Of a stretch of 39,383 nucleotides of DNA, positions 34,646-39,383 are shown piece after piece. This stretch comes from a virus. The notes beneath the pieces were generated by a model. That model made no database searches and was not told the DNA's origin. It saw only the letters and a program-made list of their open reading frames with translations. Position 1 is the first letter of the stretch. Each line of letters begins with the position of its first letter. The stretch spans positions 1 to 39,383 of the IMG/VR virus record IMGVR_UViG_3300045988_059515; one strand, given 5' to 3'. Both the position numbers and the translations under genes were made by a program.

Positions 34646-37165
34646 ATGAACACGAACACAATAGAGCAACAAATAGAGCTAGAAAAGTATTACACAAACC
34701 TAGCTCAAGAGGCTTTCAAGAAAAGACTGGAGCAAGCAAGAAACCAAGGGCGGATAACAAGCCAACCCTTAGGCAGTGGCTTGAAAAAGCTCTTTGTCGA
34801 AGCCCTAGCGACAAACATAGGAGCATGGATAGATGAGAACACCAAGCCAAAGAGAGGTGTGGGCAAGAAGTATAGAGAGCTTCTAAAGGCAATGCTTGAG
34901 GCATTCGGTAAGGAAGCTCTAGTGCTCAATATTTGTGCTACAGTACTTGAAAAGGCTATTAATGAAACCTTAGCGACAGACCATAAGGCTAGTGTATCAA
35001 GTTGTGGCTACCAAGTAGGCAACAGTCTATACTACAATGCAAAAACTGAAGCGTACCTAAAGCAAGACGGCACAGGAACTCAAGTAAACAGGATACAAGA
35101 GGGCTTAGACAAAAGAACCCTCATGTATCAAAAGACCTCACATATTAAAGGGGTCATGAAGAAAAATAAGTTTGAATGGGTTAAGTGGGAAAAAGGAGTA
35201 ATAGTAAACCTAGGACTAGACATATTGTATATCCTTATTCAATCTACAGACCTAATAACTACAAGCCAAGCAAATGATAGAACACTATACCTAGAGCCAT
35301 CTCAAGCTCTATTGGATACATATAGATACAATGCAGAGTTCATCAGTAAATTTATTGTCGACCGCACACCAACGATCGTGAAGCCTAAACCATGGACAGA
35401 CATGAGCCAAGGCGGTTATTACGGGGTAATGCGGAAGAGACTACATTTTATGCGTATCAGTCATATTGTCGGTAAGACAAAGGTAGTGAAGAGCTACATT
35501 AAGAAAATACAGGACGTAGACTTGAGCAAGATATATAGTGCAGTTAATGCAATTCAAGAGACACCTTATCGTATCAACAAAAGTATGTATGAGGTAGTCA
35601 ATGCAATCTTTGAGCAAGGCGGAGGGATAGCTGGTATAGCAGACTTTGAGCCTCACGCACCTGAGCCAGTAAGAAACACCTTTGAGACAAAGCAAGACTT
35701 TGGGAAGCGGTTCCATGAGTGGCTAGAGATTGAAATTGCAAGACGTAGTAAAGCCCTAAGAGCTATGAGACTGTTCAGATACGCTAAGGAGTTTAAAGAG
35801 TATGACAAAATATACTTCCCTTGCAACATCGACTTTAGAGGACGTATCTATCCTATACCACTCTTTAACCATCAAGGGGACGACTTTATGAAGTCTTTAA
35901 TTGAATACGCAGAGCCTGTACCGCTCAAGGATAGCCAAGATATAGAGCTCTTTTACTGGCAAGGAGCAAACCTATGGGGCAACGACAAAGTATCTCATAG
36001 CGAGCAAGTGGAATGGGTGAAAGCTCACCACTCTAATATTGTCGACAGTGCAAAGGCACCTTTGGACTACCTATGGTGGACAGACGCAGATGAGCCTTTA
36101 CAGTTCCTAGCGTGGGCTATGGAATACGTCAAGTCTCTTGAGTACTACCAAGAGCACAAGACATATGAGGGCTATAGTTGCCCTTTAGTCATTGCCTATG
36201 ATGGTACTTGCTCAGGGCTACAGCACTACTCAGCAATGCTAAGAGATGAAGTAGGCGGAAGTGCAGTGAACCTAATCGACCACGAGAGACCAGCCGACAT
36301 ATATCAACAAGTAGCAGACAAAGTACTTAAGATTGTCGAAAAGGACGCAACAAGCGGAACACTTGATGAAGTCGAAAAGGAAGCAGTAGGAGGCGGACAA
36401 AGGGTACACTTCGGAACACGTTCTATGGCTCAAGCATGGTTAGCTCATGGAGTTAATCGTAAAGTAGTCAAACGGAACGTCATGACGCTTGCCTATGGTA
36501 GCGGACAATATGGCTTCCAAGAGCAAATCCTTGAGGACACCTGCAAAGGCAACCCACATTTCAAGAGATTTGAAAAGCCTTGTGCAAAGTACATGGCTAA
36601 GCTGGTATGGCAAGAGGTGCAGACAACAGTAGTTAGTGCTACAGAGGGCATGAAGTATCTTAAAGCACTAGCTAAAGTGCTCACTAAGCATGGACTACCA
36701 GTGAATTGGTGGACACCTTTAGGACTACCAGTACAGCAACAGTATCTAAAGTTAGTGCAAAAGAGCTTCCGTACACGCTTCGGAGATATGGTGCGGTGGC
36801 ATGGGTACTATCAAGACGTAGCAGATGATGAAGCACTGGACGCTAATGGGCAGAAGAATGGAATAGCACCTAACTTTATCCATAGCCTAGACAGTACTCA
36901 CTTAATGATGGTAGTCAATGAAGCTGGCTTAAAGAACTATACGACAATTCATGACAGCTTCGGTACATCACTAGGAGAAGCTAGACACATACAAAAAGTT
37001 ATCCGTGAGCAACTCTATAAGTTATATACAGAGCACTCACCACTTGAAGAGTTTAGACAATATGTACAAGAGATGACTGGAGAGGACTTATCAGATATTG
37101 TCGAACCGCCTAAAGGCAATTTAAACCTAAGAAACATACTAAAAAGCACATTTATTTTTCACTAA
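34646..37165 (+). CDS. Single-subunit DNA-directed RNA polymerase (T7 gp1-like)
   Basis: AYDGTCSGLQHYSAM, VMTLAYGS, PNFIHSLDS and IHDSFGT match T7 RNAP motifs A, B and C. ATG 34646 follows GAGGAGG, so the track start at 34544 runs through the terminator and is an artifact. Confidence 0.95.
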   Translation: MNTNTIEQQIELEKYYTNLAQEAFKKRLEQARNQGRITSQPLGSGLKKLFVEALATNIGAWIDENTKPKRGVGKKYRELLKAMLEAFGKEALVLNICATVLEKAINETLATDHKASVSSCGYQVGNSLYYNAKTEAYLKQDGTGTQVNRIQEGLDKRTLMYQKTSHIKGVMKKNKFEWVKWEKGVIVNLGLDILYILIQSTDLITTSQANDRTLYLEPSQALLDTYRYNAEFISKFIVDRTPTIVKPKPWTDMSQGGYYGVMRKRLHFMRISHIVGKTKVVKSYIKKIQDVDLSKIYSAVNAIQETPYRINKSMYEVVNAIFEQGGGIAGIADFEPHAPEPVRNTFETKQDFGKRFHEWLEIEIARRSKALRAMRLFRYAKEFKEYDKIYFPCNIDFRGRIYPIPLFNHQGDDFMKSLIEYAEPVPLKDSQDIELFYWQGANLWGNDKVSHSEQVEWVKAHHSNIVDSAKAPLDYLWWTDADEPLQFLAWAMEYVKSLEYYQEHKTYEGYSCPLVIAYDGTCSGLQHYSAMLRDEVGGSAVNLIDHERPADIYQQVADKVLKIVEKDATSGTLDEVEKEAVGGGQRVHFGTRSMAQAWLAHGVNRKVVKRNVMTLAYGSGQYGFQEQILEDTCKGNPHFKRFEKPCAKYMAKLVWQEVQTTVVSATEGMKYLKALAKVLTKHGLPVNWWTPLGLPVQQQYLKLVQKSFRTRFGDMVRWHGYYQDVADDEALDANGQKNGIAPNFIHSLDSTHLMMVVNEAGLKNYTTIHDSFGTSLGEARHIQKVIREQLYKLYTEHSPLEEFRQYVQEMTGEDLSDIVEPPKGNLNLRNILKSTFIFH

Positions 37166-37170
37166 GAATT

Positions 37171-37192
37171 AATGTACCCACGAGATAGAGGA
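37171..37192 (+). promoter_or_regulatory. Phage RNAP promoter, copy 3 (AATGTACCCACGAGATAGAGGA), just after the RNAP gene
   Basis: Identical to copy 1; its position is analogous to the T7 phi1.1 promoters. Confidence 0.8.
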
Positions 37193-37211
37193 AAGCAAAA
37201 GTCCTCTTTTT
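37187..37211 (+). terminator. Hairpin plus U-run overlapping the promoter initiation region (AGAGGA-N9-TCCTCT-TTTT)
   Basis: Read directly. It could terminate host-RNAP early transcription after the RNAP gene. Confidence 0.5.
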
Positions 37212-37243
37212 CGTGGCAACAGAGTTAATGAAAGGAGACCACT

Positions 37244-37405
37244 ATGAAAGTAAAGATTGACATGAGAACACTACAGGTAGTCAGCATTGAACTAGATACA
37301 GACAATAGAACTGACATGAGCATACTAAATGGGCTAGACAAAGAAACAGGTATAGGAAAATTGATTGGTGAACGATTAGAACAAGGAGTGAAAGTACCAT
37401 GCTAA
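37244..37405 (+). CDS. Small hypothetical protein (53 aa), below the track cutoff
   Basis: ATG after AAAGGAGA. Hand-translated MKVKIDMRTLQVVSIELDTDNRTDMSILNGLDKETGIGKLIGERLEQGVKVPC. ATGCTAA overlap with the next gene. Confidence 0.55.
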   Translation: MKVKIDMRTLQVVSIELDTDNRTDMSILNGLDKETGIGKLIGERLEQGVKVPC

Positions 37406-37842
37406 CAAGAATTGAAGAACTAGAGATCCGAGTAGGTGAACTTGTAAAGGAAAACCATGAGTTACGAGAAGCTGGCGAAAGATTAGCTAAAGAAAACATA
37501 GATAAACACTTTGCAATGAAGAAACACGCAGAGTGTAATTATAAGCTAATGAAAGAAATTGAAGCATTACAAAAAGAGGTTAAGGAACTAAAAGAAAATA
37601 AATTAGAAAAGAATAAATGGTATAGAGCCTCAGATTTTTATGTCGATGAGCTAAGAGAAAAACTAGGTACAGGAGTTTTAGTAGAGGTAGTAAAACACTC
37701 AAACGAAGATAAAGATGAAATGCGACCTGAGTTAAGGGAAACTAAATTTGAAAGAGTGCAGTACATCGCTAAAGATGGGTTTGGAAAAACAGCACTATCG
37801 ACAGGAAGCGTATTCTACAGAAATTGGTTTAGAGTGATTTAG
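37399..37842 (+). CDS. Hypothetical protein: coiled-coil N-terminus plus a C-terminal KWY...FYRNWFRVI module
   Basis: ORF track; the C-terminal module is paralogous to the C-terminus of 37948..38703. Confidence 0.65.
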   Translation: MLTRIEELEIRVGELVKENHELREAGERLAKENIDKHFAMKKHAECNYKLMKEIEALQKEVKELKENKLEKNKWYRASDFYVDELREKLGTGVLVEVVKHSNEDKDEMRPELRETKFERVQYIAKDGFGKTALSTGSVFYRNWFRVI

Positions 37843-37850
37843 GAGGACTA

Positions 37851-37943
37851 ATGGCTAAAAACTTTAGAGCACAACAAGTCTACTACAGACGACTACAATT
37901 ACTATTCTTAATTCAAACCTATTTAACTGGAAACTGGAGATAA
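37851..37943 (+). CDS. Small hypothetical ORF (30 aa)
   Basis: ATG 4 nt after AGGAGG; MAKNFRAQQVYYRRLQLLFLIQTYLTGNWR; fills the gap to the next gene. Confidence 0.35.
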   Translation: MAKNFRAQQVYYRRLQLLFLIQTYLTGNWR

Positions 37944-37947
37944 CATC

Positions 37948-38703
37948 ATGAATACAAATAGCAAACACTACGAAACACTTAACATTCAACCATGGGAAAT
38001 CATGGAGCGAAACTTTACCAATGAGGAGTTTGTCGCATACCTTAAAGGTAATATAATTAAGTATACTTTGCGAGACAAAGGGCAAGCCTTAACGGACGCA
38101 GAGAAAATCAAGCACTACGCAGAAAAACTCATTGAAGTCATCGAAAAGAAAGAGACAGATGAATTCCTTAAAGAGGACGCTGAGCGTATCTATGGGAAAC
38201 ATAAATTTAAAGTAGGCGATCGTGTAAGAGTATTAATTAGTAATAAAACAGGAACAATTATTAGAACCCCTGTAGAAGAATTATGGTTAGAATGTAGTAA
38301 AGACTACATTATCGAACTAGATAACAAAGATAGTGGCTGGAAAGCAACTAAAGAACGACACTTAGTCGACAGTGAGAATGCATGGTATGTCAATGAAACT
38401 GACATGGTATTACTAAAAGAAGAAGAACCAAAGAAAACCTTAACACCTAACAAGTGGTATGACGCTGAGACTTTTACTGTAGAAGAACTAAAGGAACTAC
38501 TACCAGTAGGGACTAAGGTATTTGTAATAGAAGAGTATACAACCAACAATAACGACTACAATGAAGAAGAACTAGGTAAAGAAACATGGCTAAGCACTAC
38601 AGTACAAAGAGTTGACAAGAAACATATGACAGAATTAACACGAGTAGCTATACCAAATGATATTTTCTTTAGACGTTATTTTAGAATTGTAGAGGAGAAC
38701 TAA
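37948..38703 (+). CDS. DUF3310-like (SaV-like) N-terminal domain protein with the paralogous C-terminal module
   Basis: HYETLNIQPWEIME...EFVAYLKGNIIKYTLRDKG fits the DUF3310 pattern (HY...P.E.I...GN.IKY..R). The C-terminal KWYDAETFTVEELKELL...FFRRYFRIVE parallels the preceding gene. Confidence 0.65.
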   Translation: MNTNSKHYETLNIQPWEIMERNFTNEEFVAYLKGNIIKYTLRDKGQALTDAEKIKHYAEKLIEVIEKKETDEFLKEDAERIYGKHKFKVGDRVRVLISNKTGTIIRTPVEELWLECSKDYIIELDNKDSGWKATKERHLVDSENAWYVNETDMVLLKEEEPKKTLTPNKWYDAETFTVEELKELLPVGTKVFVIEEYTTNNNDYNEEELGKETWLSTTVQRVDKKHMTELTRVAIPNDIFFRRYFRIVEEN

Positions 38704-39191
38704 TGGCACGACCAAAGAAAACACAAGAAACAGAAGCAATCACAATGAATGGTGAGCAAGTGCTCATCGAACTACTTAATGACAACGCAGTAATTCCTGA
38801 AGCAAAGACAGAGGGAGCTGGCTGTATGGACATTACAATTCCAACGACAATCTCAGTACCGCCAGTAACAGTACAAACGAAAGCTACAGAAATTCCTTTA
38901 GGCTTCAAGGTAGCAATTCCTAAAGGACACACAATGCGTATCCAGTTGCGTTCCAGTGTAGGGCGAGACTATCCAATCAGCTTAGCAAACATTGAGGGTA
39001 TTGTAGATGAGGACTTTAGAGGCGAAGTAATGCTTTTTGTACGCAACTACAGTAAACATATTGTAATGCTAGAGCAAGGCATGAGAATTGCTCAATGCTG
39101 GCTTGAGAAAACAACACCAATGACTTTTGTCGCTGGTGAAGTAGTCGAGGACACTGAACGAGGCACTAAAAGCGGTAGTACAGGTAAGTAA
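38703..39191 (+). CDS. dut: dUTP diphosphatase (trimeric dUTPase)
   Basis: GAGCMDI (motif I-like), LRSSVG, GIVDEDFRGEV (motif III), RGTKSGSTGK (motif V). Confidence 0.8.
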   Translation: MARPKKTQETEAITMNGEQVLIELLNDNAVIPEAKTEGAGCMDITIPTTISVPPVTVQTKATEIPLGFKVAIPKGHTMRIQLRSSVGRDYPISLANIEGIVDEDFRGEVMLFVRNYSKHIVMLEQGMRIAQCWLEKTTPMTFVAGEVVEDTERGTKSGSTGK

Positions 39192-39204
39192 TAAATATAT
39201 TCTA

Positions 39205-39234
39205 AGGGCACTCTTAATGAGTGCTCTTTTTTTT
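39205..39234 (+). terminator. Intrinsic terminator after dut
   Basis: 9-bp stem AGGGCACTC / GAGTGCTCT (one G-U pair), 5-nt loop, eight T residues. Confidence 0.75.
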
Positions 39235-39242
39235 GTCAAAAG

Positions 39243-39383
39243 GAGATAATAGATGGCAAAACAAAAACTAGGAAAAGATTTTATGTTAAGTGGTACAGCT
39301 TGCTGGGCTCACACAGACAGCCCTGAGACATACGAGGGCAATGAAATTGGTTACTCTATCATGGTAAAGCTTGAGAGCGATGA
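39243..39383. repeat. Second copy of the 141-bp overlap; includes a duplicate of the SSB 5' end (39253..39383)
   Basis: Identical to 1..141. Confidence 0.95.

Noticed and set aside
37281-38085. Minus-strand ORFs 37281..37499 and 37864..38085
   Set aside because: They are antisense to + strand genes and SD-preceded small ORFs, with no signals.
1-39383. tRNA, rRNA or tmRNA genes and CRISPR arrays
   Set aside because: I saw no T-loop (GGTTCGA-type) cloverleaf candidates and no regularly spaced direct repeats with unique spacers. The GTTCGAC strings at about 31739 and 31879 lack flanking complementary stems.

Overview
The window is a complete genome of a T7-like podophage with a single-subunit RNA polymerase, assembled as a circle. 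The unit is 39,242 bp, plus an exact 141-bp end overlap (1..141 = 39243..39383). All convincing genes but one are on the + strand.

Gene order:
- DNA metabolism: gp2.5-like SSB, endonuclease I, a truncated catalytically dead T7-lysozyme homolog, primase-helicase, anaerobic class III RNR (NrdG/NrdD), family A DNA polymerase, 5'-3' exonuclease, GNAT-like protein.
- Structural module: portal, scaffold, major capsid, tail tubular A and B, three internal virion proteins, tail fiber.
- Lysis cassette: holin, amidase_2 endolysin, membrane-anchored protein.
- N6-adenine methyltransferase and a small Cys-rich protein, then terminase small and large subunits.
- An atypical ~3.1-kb segment (described next).
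- Early genes, the RNAP gene, then further middle genes including a DUF3310-like protein and dUTPase.

The atypical segment contains a repeat-rich junction region with a phage-type promoter, a tyrosine integrase, and a ~1.06-kb ORF-poor segment with inverted base skew that is dense in hairpins and repeats. It ends in a bidirectional terminator, followed by the only minus-strand gene (a ribbon-helix-helix regulator) and divergent sigma70-like early promoters.

I found three copies of a 22-nt phage-promoter consensus (AATGTACCCACGAGATAGAGGA) and seven intrinsic terminators (one of them bidirectional). No tRNA, rRNA or CRISPR array was seen.

Most interesting:
- the ORF-poor structured segment next to the integrase
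- the lysogeny-like module in a T7-type genome
- the degenerate lysozyme homolog with a probable non-canonical start
- the TTGTCG hexamer, which I count at roughly 8 times my rough composition-based expectation

Coordinates in coding regions were checked against the ORF track. Coordinates in non-coding regions may be off by 1-2 nt.
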